Shown here: in pieces, positions 12,715-25,714 of the stretch | Numbering within the stretch: position 1 is the stretch's first letter | Layout: each line of letters begins with the position of its first letter | Source of the DNA: Mobula hypostoma | Lineage: Eukaryota | Length of the DNA stretch: 64,000 nucleotides | Assembly: GCF_963921235.1 (NCBI RefSeq) | Contig: NC_086097.1 | Location: 233,742,001 to 233,806,000 of the forward strand | Direction: 5' to 3' | Position numbers and translations under genes: made by a program | The notes under the pieces: model-generated | What the model was told of the DNA's origin: nothing | Databases searched by the model: none | The model's input: the letters and a program-made list of their open reading frames with translations, nothing else

Positions 12715-13195
12715 TCTCTTCCGAGGATCATCACCTTGTTGCGGTATAGAGTTCCTAAGATCCCAAGAGTGATGACATCTATTAAAGTCCTGGGAGGGTC
12801 AGCCATGTTGGCACAGTCAAGGGGAGGTTTCAGACAGAGTGATCCAATCAAGACTTCATTAGTGGAGCTGGAAGAAGATGATGACACATCACAATGGCAA
12901 TAAAGGCAGATGGAGGCTGGAGCAGAGAAGGGCCTCCAGTCATCCTGTGTTGCATGCCACTGGATGCCAACCCTGATCTATCAAGGACCATGTGGTGGCC
13001 GCCAGTGCATCAGTTTCCTTACATTAAGCAAAGTCATATACTGGTGCTTTCCATTAAGGGGATCCATCCTATTGAATATGTGGATCCCAGATCGACCTGA
13101 GAATCCTTCAATGGACATCCCTGTGGAGAACATCGTACTCAACTCAAGTGATCACACTACTATGTTCTGTCACCTGTGGATACTTAAGATGCCAA
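12715..13195 (+). mobile_element. RTE-clade-derived non-autonomous element (5' UTR-like part and short 3' part), decayed
   Basis: TCACCTTGTTGCGG...TCCTGGGAGGGTCAGCCATG...CAGTCAAGGGGAGGTTTCAGAC resembles RTE/Expander 5' UTRs; ends near GATGCC. Confidence 0.45.
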
Positions 13196-13620
13196 AGGTC
13201 TGCACATCTTCTGGTAATTTAGTCATAGTCATACTTTATTGATTCCAAGGGAAATTAGGTTTCGTTACAGTTGCACCGACCAAGAATAGAGTATAGATGG
13301 TGCATTTTAAAGATTTTAGGGACTATTTGAGGAAGAATAGGGATGTTAGAATTTATTAAACTGACATACATGGTGGAATTTGATATTTGCGGCATAGCAT
13401 AGTGAAAGACATAACAAAATTACTATAAGTTACAATATTAAAAAGTGCAAAAGAAGAAAAGTGAGTTAGTGTTCATGATTTCATGGATCATTCAGAATCT
13501 GATGGCAGAGGGGAAGAAGCTGTTCCTAAAACGTTGAAGATGGGTCTTCAGGTTCCTGTACCTCCTACCTGATGGCGGCAATGAGATGAGTGCAAGTGCT
13601 GGATGCTGAAGGCCCTTAAT

Positions 13621-16417
13621 AGAAACATAGAAACATAGAAAATAGGTGCAGGAGTAGGCCATTCGGCCCTTCGAGCCTGCACCGCCATTTATTATGATCA
13701 TGGCTGATCATCCAACTCAGAACCCCGCCCCAGCCTTCCCTCCATACCCCCTGACCCCTGTAGCCACAAGGGCCATATCTAACTCCCTCTTAAACATAGC
13801 CAATGAACTGGCCTCAACAGTTTGCTGTGGCAGAGAATTCCACAGATTCACCACTCTCTGTGTGAAGAAGTTTTTCCTAATCTCGGTCCTAAAAGGCTTC
13901 CCTTCTATCCTCAAACTGTGACCCCTCGTTCTGGACTTCCCCAACATCGGGAACAATCTTTCTGCATCTAGCCTGTCCAATCCCTTTAGGATCTTATACG
14001 TTTCAATCAGATCCCCCCTCAATCTTCTAAATTCCAACGAGTACAAGCCCAGTTCATCCAGACTTTCTTCATATGAAAGTCCTGCCATCCCAGGAATCAA
14101 TCTGGTGAACCTTCTTTGTACTCCCTCTATGGCAAAGATGTCTTTCCTCAGATTAGGGGACCAAAACTGCACACAATACTCCAGGTGTGGTCTCACCAAG
14201 GCCTTGTACAACTGCAGTAGTACCTCCCTGCTCCTGTACTCGAATCCTCTCGCTATAAATGCCAGCATACCATTCGCCTTTTTCACTGCCTGCTGTACCT
14301 GCATGCCCACTTTCAATGACTGGTGTATAATGACACCCAGGTCTCGTTGCACCTCCCCTTTTCCTAATCAGCCACCATTCAGATAATAATCTGTTTTCCT
14401 ATTTTTGCCACCAAAGTGGATAACTTCACATTTATCCACATTAAATTTCATCTGCCATGAGTTTGCCCACTCACCCAACCTATCCAAGTCACCCTCTTAG
14501 CATCCTCCTCACTGCTAACACTGCCACCCAGCTTCATGTCATCCGCAAACTTGGAGATGTTGCATTTAATTCCCTCATCCAAGTCATTAATATATATTGT
14601 AAACAACTGGGGTCCCAGCACTGAGCTTTGCGGTACCCCACTAGTCACCGCCTGCCATTCTGAAAAGGTCCCGTTTATTCCCACTCTTTGCTTCCTGTCT
14701 GCTAACCAATTCTCCACCCACACCAATACCTTACCCCCAATACCGTGTGCTTTAAGTTTGCACACTAATCTCCTGTGTGGGACCTTGTCAAAAGCCTTTT
14801 GAAAATCCAAATATACCACATCCACTGGTTCTCCCCTATCCACTCTACTAGTTACATCCTCAAAAAATTCTATGAGATTCGTCAGACATGATTTTCCTTT
14901 CACAAATCCATGCTGACTTTGTCCGATCATTTCACCGCTTTCCAAATGTGCTGTTATCACATCCTTGATAACTGACTCCAGCAGTTTCCCCACCACCGAC
15001 ATTAGGCTAACTAGTCTATAATTCCCCGGTTTCTCTCTCCCTCCTTTTTTAAAAAGTGGGGTTACATTAGCCACCCTCCAATCCTCAGGAACTAGTCCAG
15101 AATCTAACGAGTTTTGAAAAATTATCACTAATGCATCCACTATTTCTTGGGCTACTTCCTTAAGCACTCTAGGATGCAGACCATCTGGCCCTGGGGATTT
15201 ATCTGCCTTCAATCCCTTCAATTTACCTAACACCACTTCCCTACTAACATGTATTTCACTCAGTTCCTCCATCTCACAGGACCCTCTGTCCCTTATTATT
15301 TCTGGAAGATTATTTATGTCCTCCTTAGTGAAGACAGAACCAAAGTAATTATTCAATTGGTCTGCCATGTCCTTGCTCCCCATAATCAATTCACCTGTTT
15401 CTGTCTGCAGGGGACCTACATTTGTCTTTACCAGTCTTTTCCTTTTTACATATCTATAAAAGCTTTTACAGTCCGTTTTTATGTTCCCCACCAGTTTTCT
15501 CTCATAATCTTTTTTCCCCTTCCTAATTAAGCCCTTTGTCCTCCTCTGCTGAACTCTGAATTCCTCCCAGTCCTTAGGTGAGCCGCTTTCTCTGGCTAAT
15601 TTGTATGCTACTTCTTTGGAATTGATACTATCCCTAATTTCTCTTGTCAGCCACGGGTGCACTACCTTCCTTGATTTATTCTTTTGCCAAACTGGGATGA
15701 ACAATTGTTGTAGTTCATCCATGCAACCTTTAAATGCTTGCCATTGCATATCCACCGTCAATCCTTTAAGTGTCATTTGCCAGTCTATCTTAGCTAATTC
15801 ACGTCTCATACCTTCAAAGTTACCCCTCTTTAAGTTCAGAACCTTTGTTTCTGAATTAACTATGTCACTCTCCATCTTAATGAAGAATTCCACCATATTA
15901 TGGTCACTCTTACCCAAGGGGCCTCTCATGACAAGATCGCTAATTAACCCTTCCTCATTGCTCAAAACCCAGTCCAGAATAGCCTGCTCTCTAGTCGGTT
16001 CCTCGACATGTTGGTTCAAAAAACCATCCCGCATACATTCCAAGAAATCCTCTTCCTCAGCACCTTTACCAATTTGGTTCACCCAGTCTACATGTAGATT
16101 GAAGTCACCCATTATAACTGCTGTTCCTTTATTGCACACATTTCTAATTTCCTGTTTAATACCATCTCCGACCTCACTACTACTGTTAGGTGGCCTGTAC
16201 ACAACTCCCACCAGCGTCTTCTGCCCCTTAGTGTTACGCAGCTCTACCCATATCGATTCCACATCTTCCCGGCTTATGTCCTTCCTTTCTATTGCGTTAA
16301 TCTCTTCTTTAACCAGCAACGCCACCCCACCTCCCCTTCCTTCATGTCTATCCCTCCTGAATATTGAATATCCCTGAACGTTGAGCTCCCATCCCTGGTC
16401 ACCCTGGAGCCATGTCT
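13621..16417 (-). mobile_element. CR1 LINE, 2.8 kb (partial APE endonuclease, RT, C-terminus), one frameshift near 14490, inserted in a Rex 3' fragment
   Basis: 677-aa ORF with GVVYRPP, MGDFN, SDHN, KSPGPDG, LDFQKAFDKVPH, SKFADD, and a 211-aa C-terminal ORF. Candidate TSD CTTAAT at 13615-13620 and 16416-16421. Confidence 0.97.
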
Positions 16418-16689
16418 TAATGGTGCATGATGCCTTCTCGACACACTGCCCTTGAAAGATGTTGGGGAGGATTATGCCCATGCTGGAGCTGGCTAGGTCT
16501 ACATCCCTCTGAGGACTCTTGAGTCAATCTTGAAACAAAACTTATGTGCAGGTGAATTGATCTTTGGACAAAGTATCTACTATTGCTTGTGTAAGAGCAG
16601 TCTGGTCATAAATACAAGGTACTAATTTCAGATCCTACTCCGGAGTCTTGAACACAAACATCCAGTTTGTTACTCTGGTGCAGTGTTTC

Positions 16690-17007
16690 TGTTTCCAAGA
16701 GTTCAAATGTCTAACACCAGAGGGCATGCATTGAAGGTGAAAGGGGGTAGTTCAAGGGGGATGTGAGGGGTCAGTTTTTTACTCACCCTCATGGATGCCT
16801 GGAATGTGCTGCCCGGTGTGGTGGTAGAGGCAAATGCATTAGAAGCTTTTAAGAGATGTTTTGGATTGGCACATGAATGTTAGGAAGATGGGGAGATATG
16901 GACATTGTGTAGGTAGGAGGGATTAGTGTCTAGGTGTCTTTCGCTGGTTCAGTGCGACATTGTGGGCCAATTGGCCTGTTTCTGTGCTGTACTCTTCGAT
17001 GTTTTAT
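16690..17007 (+). mobile_element. CR1 3' fragment, decayed
   Basis: ACCAGAGGGCATGCATTGAAGGTG...TGCCTGGAATGTGCTGCC...GGCCTGTTTCTGTGCTGTAC, typical of CR1 3' ends. Confidence 0.8.
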
Positions 17008-17529
17008 GAATGCGAAAACGGCGGAGTGGTTGTTAATTTGATGAGACTCTAAACTTGCTCACTTGGGAGGATTAAGAAGACCCATGTAAATTCTTTGGAA
17101 GAATAGCAGAGGACTCACTCCACATACATTTATATGTCAGTCAAACTCACTAAAACAGATTATCTGTTCATTCAAGATTGCTGTGTAGAAACTGACTGCT
17201 GTGTTTCCCTTGCAGCACTGAATACAGTCAAGATGTCTTTAGAACATGCCCTGTAAGGAATGCGAGGGGTGCTGTGAAATGCAATTATTTTTTTATCTGC
17301 ATGTTGGACGTAGTTCAGTGTAAGACAATTGTCATGTTACTTCAATACCTACCACTTACTTCCATACAAAGATTCTGCAATATTCTGAGAGAGGCAATAA
17401 AGTCCCCGGTGGTCGTTCTTGCATGAAAAGTCACACTGAGGCTCCGCTCTTAAAATAGTACAGATGACATGAAGGTAAGTGTATTATTGCCCAAAGTCTT
17501 GGATTTCTGCAATGGCTGGGATAAGGTAC

Positions 17530-17815
17530 AAAGAAGAGAAAATCTGCAGGTGCTGGAAATCCAAGCCACACACAATATGCTGGAAGAACTCCACAGGCCA
17601 AGCAACATCTGTGGAAAGGAGTTGACATTTCAGGCCGAGACTCTTCGTCAGGACTGGAAAAAAAGATGAGAAGTTAGAGCTAGAAGGTGGAGAGAGGGGA
17701 GGAAGAAGTACAAGGTGGCAGGGGATAGGTGAAGGAGGGAGAGGGACTCCAAGAGATTCTCAGGTGAAGTGTCGCCTCACCTGCAAGGACTGTTTGGGGC
17801 CCTAAGTGGTAATGA
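17530..17815 (-). mobile_element. Penelope-like element fragment with degenerate type I hammerhead motif (17620-17655)
   Basis: Minus strand reads AGTC CTGACGA AGAGTCTCGGCCT GAAAT GTC AACT, with the same downstream GCCTG.....GTTC..CCAGCA block as 22958-23055. Confidence 0.7.
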
Positions 17816-18781
17816 GGGAGGAGGTTAGGGGCATTGAAAGGAGGCCTAAAGAGGAATAGGTGCAAAGGAATTGAATTTACTGAGGAGGGTGGAACACTGT
17901 TGAGGGGCTGACCAGGTGATCATGACATCTGGAATGAAATCACCTGGCACTCCTAATAGCTGCCCGTATACCATCTCAGCTGTGGATGACTGCAGGTCCT
18001 CATTTGAAGCAGTCCTGAGCCCCAGCAGGACACATGAGAGATAATCACGCCAGCACTTTTCGGTCAGGAAGCCCCTAGAGCAGCCTTTACGGAGCGGTGA
18101 AACCACTTGCGTAGGCCATTGGACTGTGGATGATACGCCATGGTGCAAAGTAGCCTTACACCGAGGTTCTGGGACATCGCAGCCCAGAGGTCTGATGTGA
18201 ATTGAGAACCGCAGTCTGAGGAAATAGCAGATGGGGTCCCATACAGAGTGACTCAGGAGCTGATGAATGCCCGAGCCATGTCTGCGGCCATGTCAATGCT
18301 AGAGGGATTAGTTCTGGCCGCCTGGTGAAACCGCAGGAGGGGAGAAAGAGGATCAGTAAGGTTCACGTTAACATGTTCAAACAGTCACACAGGCATCTCA
18401 AAAGGTACCATTGATTAATTTTCACCCACTGGTACTCCACACATGCTGCAATCCAATCACACACATCCTTTCTGAGGCTGTACTAAACCAATTTCTGTGA
18501 GGCCTTGTATGGAGTCGAAAATAGTCCATCTCCAGTTTTGTGGGCATGATGGGGCAAGGGTGACTGGTTGAGACAGCACACAAGAGGGAAATCCCAGCTT
18601 TTCTGAACTTAATGCCAGTCAATCGCAGACCCGTAACTGCTGTTCGGTAAGCCTGGACCTCTGGGTCAGTAACTTGGTCGGCTGCCATGCCTGCATAGTC
18701 AACCCCTACGTGTACAGCCTCAACGGTTGGCCGTGAGAGACAATTAGAGAAGGCACCATTTTTCCCCTTGATATGTTGTAT

Positions 18782-19216
18782 ATAAGGACATAAGAAGTAG
18801 GAGCAGTTAGTGAGCCTGCTCCACCATTCAATTAGATCATGGCTGATCTGGCCATGGACTCATCTCCACCTGCCTGCCTTTTCCCCATAACCCTTAATTC
18901 TCCTACTATGCCAAAATCTATCTAACTTTCTCTTAGGTATATTTACTGAGGTAGCCTCCACTGTTTCATTGGGCAGAGAATTCCACAGATTCACCACCCT
19001 CTGGGAAAAGCAGTTCCTCCTCAACTCCATCCTAAATCTACTCCCCCAAATCTTGAGACTATGTCCCTTGGTTCTAGTCTCACCTACAAGTGGAGACAAC
19101 TTTCCTGCCTCTCTCTTATCTATACCTTCCATAATTTTATATGTTTCTATAAGATCTCCTCTCATTCTTCTGAATTCCAGCAAGTACAGTCCCAGGCAAC
19201 TCAATTTCTCTTCATA
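18782..19216 (-). mobile_element. CR1 3' fragment nested in the Gypsy RNase H region
   Basis: YEEKLS.LGLY.LEFRRMRGDLIETYKI...FSQRVVNLWNSLP plus a CR1 3' UTR. Confidence 0.92.
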
Positions 19217-21316
19217 GTCTGATACTTTGGCCATTGCATATATGAGAGGTTTGTAGTCAATGAACACTGTGAAATGGCGACCCTCTAGAAGGAAACAAAA
19301 ATGACAAACCGATAAGCTTACGGTCAAACGCGCTGTACTTCCTTTCAGGGAGACGGAGCAGTCAGCTGAAGTAGGCAAGCAGCTGCCTCACGCCTCTGAC
19401 CAACTGTTTGTGCGTGGTCTGAGGCATCAGCAGTAAAGGCTATGGGTGCATTGCAGAGCAGGTGCGCCAGTAGGGTTGCATTATAAAGAGCTCATTTGGT
19501 ATCATCAAATGCCTTGGTCATGTCCACTCACCAGTCAAGTACTCGATTAGGGGTATTGCATTTAAGTGCACTATACAGGGGAGGCATAAGTTTAGCTGTT
19601 CAAGGAATGAAGCAGCGATAGAAATTCACCCTGTAGCTTTTTTGGTAATGAGGGGTGGTGAGAAATCTATAACAGTGGCTACCTTTGATGGAAGGGGTTT
19701 TGCACCTTCTGCAGAGAGGTGATGGCCGAGAAAGTCAATGGTTGACAACCCAAACTGGCATATAGAAGGGTTAATAATCAACCCGCATTGGCTTAAGCAC
19801 TGGAAGATTGTGTGGAGATGAGATGCGTGTTCAGATTAGGACACACTGGTGACTAGTGTGTCATCCAGATAAAAGCAAAAAAAAAAATCTAAGTCTTTTG
19901 ATACGGAGCCTATCAATGCTTGGAAAGTCTGTGTTGTATTTTTCAATCCAAATGGCATGCACAGAAACTCACAAGCCCAAACAGAGTTATCACAGCAGTT
20001 TGGGAATGTCAGGCACATAGGTACCTGATGATAGCCCCTAACTAGATTGACTTTGAGAAAAACTAACTTTTTGACTAAAAGAGCCAAAAAGTCTTGGATG
20101 TGTGGGACTGGGTAATGATCAGGGGCGGTGGCCTCACTGAGATGTCGGTAATCACCACATCAGTGGCAACTACTATCGGACTACCATAGTGATCATATGA
20201 AAAGGTGAAGCCGGGGTATTTCAACGAGTGTACAATGCCGAATCTTTCCATGTTGGCAAACTCATCCTTCGCAGTTGCCATCTTTTCTGGGTCCAGTCCA
20301 CGCGCGTGGGGGAGCAGGTAATGACCCACAGACCTTGACATCCACAAGCCAGTAGTTCTTAACATCGACCAACAGTCATTCAGCACACAGGAAATCTGCA
20401 CCGAGCGGTGGTCTAGCCACCTTAGCTAGGACAAAGTCCCATGTGTAACGCCGCCCACTGAAGCAGAGTGTCACCTGTCGTGACCCGTAAGTCTGGATCT
20501 TGCTGCCACTGGCCGCCCCCACCGTGGCTTTATCGTCAATCGGTGATGCCAGTAGCACCCTCACTTGAGTACCCGTGTCACCCTGAAAGGTGCAGTAGGC
20601 GACCCTGCCAGCTGGAACGCACGGTGCTCACAGACCTCTGATGTCCCTGTTGTTGAAGCTGCAAGGTGGTCAGCACTTCCTGGCGAAGTGAACATGGTAA
20701 AGCACAGGCCTGACGTAGCAGGTTTCGCAGTCATGGGCATCTTTCTGTCGAGAGCCTAGCTGACTGGGCTTATTGAGGTAGAGAAAGGAGGAGAAATGAT
20801 GCACTGCTGTCCGGCTGAGTTTAGACAATCAGCCATTTTAGCAAGCTCCCTATAGTCCATCATAGGCGCATTAGCAAGGGCTATGTGAATTTGCTCAAGC
20901 ATATGCTGCATGAAGAATCCTTTAAAAATAAAACAAGGATGGTGATTTCCCAGGAGAGACAGCATGTGGTTCATTAGCTCCGATGGCTTAGCATCACTGA
21001 GACCGGGTGAAGAAAGCAACTGTTTGCTGTGCTTAGGCTCCAGTAGTCCAGAAGTCTGTAAAAGGTGAGTTTTCAGTGATAGGTGATTATCGTGTTCTGG
21101 TTCGTGTTCAAGCAGACTCACCACTCTTGCAACAATGGAATTGCTGAGCGACGAAACCACGCACTAGAACTTAGTGTCGCCTGCGGAGATCTCTCACAGA
21201 GCAAGCTGGGCCTCAGCTTGTACAAAGCAAGCAAAGGCGTTTTGCTCCCAAAACTCCATCAGTTTCAAAGCGACTGCGGGGCCAAAATGTTTAATAACTC
21301 AGGAATTGTCCAAGAG

Positions 21317-21330
21317 CATCGGGATCACCA
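21317..21330 (-). promoter_or_regulatory. Primer binding site, tRNA-Trp type
   Basis: Minus strand TGGTGATCCCGATG lies 1 nt after the LTR end (..CTACA). It matches TGGTGACCCCGACG, the complement of the tRNA-Trp 3' end, with 2 mismatches. Confidence 0.75.
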
Positions 21331-22202
21331 ATGTAGATTTTCGCAAGTAAAACAAAGTGAGGAGTTTTATGTTAAATGAAACCCGTAACCATTTTTCACT
21401 GAACTCCAAAACCTAAACACAAAAGCGAGCTAAAAATCCTTGCATAACAACATTATCATGTCAGACCAGCCTCTTAAAGTGAAGCCTCCTACTCAATGTT
21501 GGTGGTTGAGATTTATGCACATTTCGACCAATCACGTTACCCCACACTACCTCTCCCTAGACACCCCATATATCCCATACATAATTTCAGAGTTAAACCA
21601 GGCATACCACTAATAGTGTATACTTTCTATGTGCAGAAGTAAAACTGTGGAATTGGAGAGATTAAAATTAATGGTTAATAACTTTCAATGTTTGCATGAT
21701 TTGTGTTGGCATTTTGATTTTACATTGAGTTTAATGATGAGAAAGCTCGTGTCAGTTGGAGTGCTGTGAACACTTACGGGAATTCAGATCCAGATTCATT
21801 TTTATTTATCACACGTGCATCGTAACAAACAGTGAAATGCGTCATTTGCATTAGCAACCAGCACAACCTAAGGGGATAGACCGCAAGTGTTGCCACACAT
21901 TTCGAAGCCAGCAGAGCATATCCACAATGCTAGGCAGAGCCACACACAGAACACAGCAAAACGGAACAGAACAAACAACAAAGCCACAACAGCAAGACAA
22001 GCTTCTTTCTTCCCACCTATCCACACAGAGAGTCCTTCATCTCCAGGACAGGCTTTGAGTGGACTCACAGTCATCGGGCCTCTGTCTTCCCCAATGGACT
22101 TCAGAGTCATAGGCCCCGTTCCTAAAATTAACCTGAATTCTAACCCTCCTCTCTGTCTGCAAAACCTTCCCTACAAACTTAAAAAGTAACTAAATCTGAG
22201 CT

Positions 22203-22519
22203 TGTTATGACACACACCTGCTTGTGCCACTCTCTGGCGTTTAGATGCTCTAACTCTCCAGAGTACAGATAGTTGGTGTAGTTCCTTTAAAGATTCAGGC
22301 CCACCCTGCTAATTGGTGACCATGTTTTGGCAGCAGGATTTTAATATTTAAAGAGTACCTGAACTGAGATTTGGTGCTCAATCATCAGCGCTATGTGGAA
22401 TCTCATCTAGTGTCTAGTTTAGCACCCTGTTCTCGTTTCAGTCTCGTATCATGTCTTGATTTTAGTCTTGGATACCACCACTTAGATCCTAACCATCCTC
22501 ACCTAAATCTCTTGTGACA
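22203..22519. repeat. Solo LTR (Gypsy-type, 317 bp)
   Basis: TGTTA...TGACA termini; flanks GAGCT and AAGCT (5-bp TSD, 1 mismatch). Confidence 0.65.
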
Positions 22520-22574
22520 AAGCTACAACCCTGATGGAGACCACAGCTTGGTGCTAACTTGACCAGAAGCCATA

Positions 22575-23057
22575 CCCAGGTTGGAGGAACAACACCTTAT
22601 ATTCCGTCAGGGGAGCCTCCAACCTGATGGCATGAACATTGACTTCTCAAACTTCCGCTAATGCCCCACCTCCCCCTTGTACCCCATCTGTTATTTATTT
22701 ATATACACACATTTTTTCTCTCTCTCTCCTTTTTCTCCCTCTGTCCCTCTCACTATACCCCTTGCCCATCCTCTGGGTTTTCCCCCCCTCCCCCTTTTCT
22801 TTCTCCCTGGGCCTCTTGTCCCATGATCCTCTCATATCCCTTTTGCCAATCAACTGTCCAGCTCTTGGCTCCATCCCTCCCCCTCCTGTCTTCTCCTATC
22901 ATTTTGGATATCCCCCTCCCCCTCCCACTTTCAAATTGCTTACTAGCTCTTTCAGTTAGTCCTGACGAAGGGTCTCAGCCTGAAACGTTGACTGTACCGC
23001 TTCCTAGAGATGCTGCCTGGCCTGCTGCGTTCACCAGCAACTTTGATGTGTGTTGCC
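22575..23057 (+). mobile_element. Penelope-like element 3' fragment (C-terminus of GIY-YIG ORF, pyrimidine-rich UTR, hammerhead)
   Basis: RLEEQHLIFRQGSLQPDGMNIDFSNFR* matches the C-terminal motif of Penelope ORFs, followed by the hammerhead-bearing terminal repeat. Confidence 0.8.
22958..22993 (+). ncRNA. Minimal type I hammerhead ribozyme motif (Penelope-associated)
   Basis: Stem I AGTC/GACT; core CTGACGA; stem II AGG/CCT; GAAAC; palindromic AC|GT stem III; GUU cleavage triplet. Confidence 0.75.
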
Positions 23058-24300
23058 AGAATTGACTGGAATCAGCTATTACTTATCATTTACTTCATTG
23101 ACACATGTGGGGAAAGCACATCACTAAATTTTCAGCTGGCCTGCATTCTAGCCCAGAGAATTGGCAGAGGCTGTAAGGTGATGGAGAAGATGACCTTGCA
23201 TGGTTACTACCAGAGCCCTGAGCCAAACACTTCATAAAGCAATGATTTTGATGCATTCATCTCTGCTTCTAAATTTCACATTTATTGACAGCAATGAAAT
23301 ACAATTGTGGAAGAGAAGCCTGTTGAAATCCCTCCACTCCTTTCCTATCCAAGAACTTGTCTGAATGACTTATAAATGTCATAATAGTATTTGCCTCCAC
23401 TACTACCTCCTGTAGCTCAAAATATTCAAAGATTCAAAGTACACTTATTATTAAAGAATATATAAATTATACACCTTGAGATTTGTTTGCCTACAGGCAG
23501 CCACAAAACAAGAAATCAATAGAACCCAATTTTAAAAAAAGACCAAAACCCCTGCATAAAGAAAAAGGTAAAAAACACACACACACCATGCAAACAATAC
23601 AAGCAAGTGACTGCATTCCGAACCGGATTGAATCTTTAGGTCTGGTCCCCAGAGAAAATGGAGTAGGTCCAAGCTCATTCCAAATTTTCACCAGACTCCT
23701 TTCCTGGGAAAAATATTTTGACAACCTATTTATTGGCTTTGTAAGCAACTATCAGCTCACATCTCAGCACCTTACATTCCAATGAGAGTACACACACCCT
23801 ATCCAAACACTCGGCTAACGACCTTTTGCCTTCCCCCTGATTTTCCCATTTCCCACACGGCACTGAAGCCAGTTTATTGTCTACCAGTGCTTTAACGTAG
23901 ATAAATAAATAATTGTTTTGACAAACAGGTACAAATTGCTGACACTAATGAGGCAGGGAGATAGGGAGATGGAGGAAGCAAAGCTAACATCGGGAGCTTA
24001 ATGGAACAGAACCTGACAGTGGGTATCTGTGTAGCTTTCCTCTTCCCTGATTTTACTGCGTGCTGCACGAAGCCAGCAATAATTGTGCTGCTGACTGGCT
24101 GCCTCCCCATCAGGGGTACTGAAAACTGCATTATTTAAAGCCACGAGGGAGGGAGAGAAAAAGAGAGTGAGAAAGGGAAAGAGAACCAGGGAATGTATTA
24201 GCCGTTGGTCTTCAAAATGACAGATATGGCAATAAATCAGTGCTGTTCACTAATTGATATCACAATCTGCCAGCTTTGCATATTAACTGCACACATGCTA

Positions 24301-25077
24301 ATGGAAGGACAAACCAAGGTAGAACATACAGGGTTAATGGTAAGGCACTGAGGAGTGCAGTAGAACAGAGGGATCTGGGAATACAGATACAAAATTCCCT
24401 AAAAGTGGCGTCACAGGTAGATAGGGTAATAAAGAGAGCTTTTGGTACATTGGCCTTTATTAATCAAAGTATTGAGTATAAGAGCTGGAATGTTATGATG
24501 AGGTTGTATAAGGCATTGGTGAGGCCAAATCTGGAGTATTGTGTTCAGTTTTGGTCACCAAATTACAGGAGGGATATAAATAAGGTTGAAAGAGTGCAGA
24601 GAAGGTTTACAAGGATGTTGCCAGGACTTGAGAAACTCAGTTACAGAGAAAGGTTGAATAGGTTGGGACTTTATTCCCTGGAGCGTAGAAGAATGAGGGA
24701 AGATTTGATAGAGGTATATAAAATTATGATGGGTATAGACAGAGTGAATGCAAGCAGGCTTTTTCCACTGAGGCAAGGGGAGAAAAAAACCAGAGGGCAT
24801 GGGTTAAGGGTGAGGGGGGAAAAGTTTAAAGGGAACATTAGTGGGGGCTTCTTCACACAGAGAGTGGTGGGAGTATGGAATGAGCTGCCAGACGAGGTGG
24901 TAAATGCGGGTTCTTTTTTAACATTTAAGAATAAATTGGACAGATACATGGATGAGAGGTGTATGGAGGGATATAGTCCGTGTGCAGGTCAGTGGGACTA
25001 GGCAGATAATGCTTCGGCACAGCCAAGAAGGGCCAAAAGGCCTGTTTCTGTGCTGTAGTTTTTCTATAGTTTCTATG
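24301..25077 (+). mobile_element. CR1 3' fragment with open C-terminal frame
   Basis: EQRDLG...LYKALVRPNLEYCVQFWSP...FFTQRVV.VWNELP; tail TTTCTAT repeats. Confidence 0.93.
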
Positions 25078-25714
25078 ATTCAACAATATGGCATGTGGTG
25101 TGACTTGTGCTATAAATGTGAATGTGAATTGGATTCCATATCAGAATCCATTCAGCATTCTCAACGTCCCTATAATAGGTACAACAGAGGTCAGAGATCG
25201 GTTCAGAAAAAGGGAAGTTGTATTAACTAGCCAAAGGTGAATCAATTTCTTAGTGGTTTCATTTTCACAGGTACCAAATTATTAATCTTTAAATAATCAG
25301 AATCAGAATCCTTTACTATCGCCAAGTATGTAGACACATACAGGGAATTTGATGCCAGTTTCCCTGAGCTCTCGCTGTACAGAATCAAAAAGCAAACAAA
25401 ACAATAGTGCAAATAATCATGAACTATATACAGTGAGATATATATGTGTATGCACAGCTGCACTTGGTTTATAATAGACTAAAATTCAAGTGTTCATAAG
25501 ACTGATGGCATATGGAAAGAAACTGTTCTTGTACCTATTTGTCCTTGCCACTTTCTCAAGTTATTGCTGTTTTTTTCTGGTTGAGTATTATTTGATTATT
25601 ACTCCTGGAACTGAGTGCACTCTTAATCCCATAATGAAACCATTATCAGCATAATCTGACTTTGCATTTGTAATTTTACCCAATATGTAGTTGGTTTAAA
25701 AAATGAGCAAATGC

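Larger units (their letters stand above)
17846..21551 (-). mobile_element. Ty3/Gypsy LTR retrotransposon (CsRn1-like), decayed gag-PR-RT-RH-IN; 5' LTR present, 3' LTR absent
   Basis: Minus peptides: gag VVSSL..IVARV/KPSELM.HM; protease WDFVLAKVARPPLGADFL; RT LVRGYHQVP..MPFGLKN..QTFQ..YLDD; RNase H LEGRHFTVF.D.KPL; integrase VLLGLRTA..EDL.SS.AEMVYG. Confidence 0.92.

Noticed and set aside
15601..16377. 258-aa plus-strand ORF (also 1363-2154 minus and similar ORFs)
   Set aside because: These are antisense shadows of CR1 ORF2, not independent genes.
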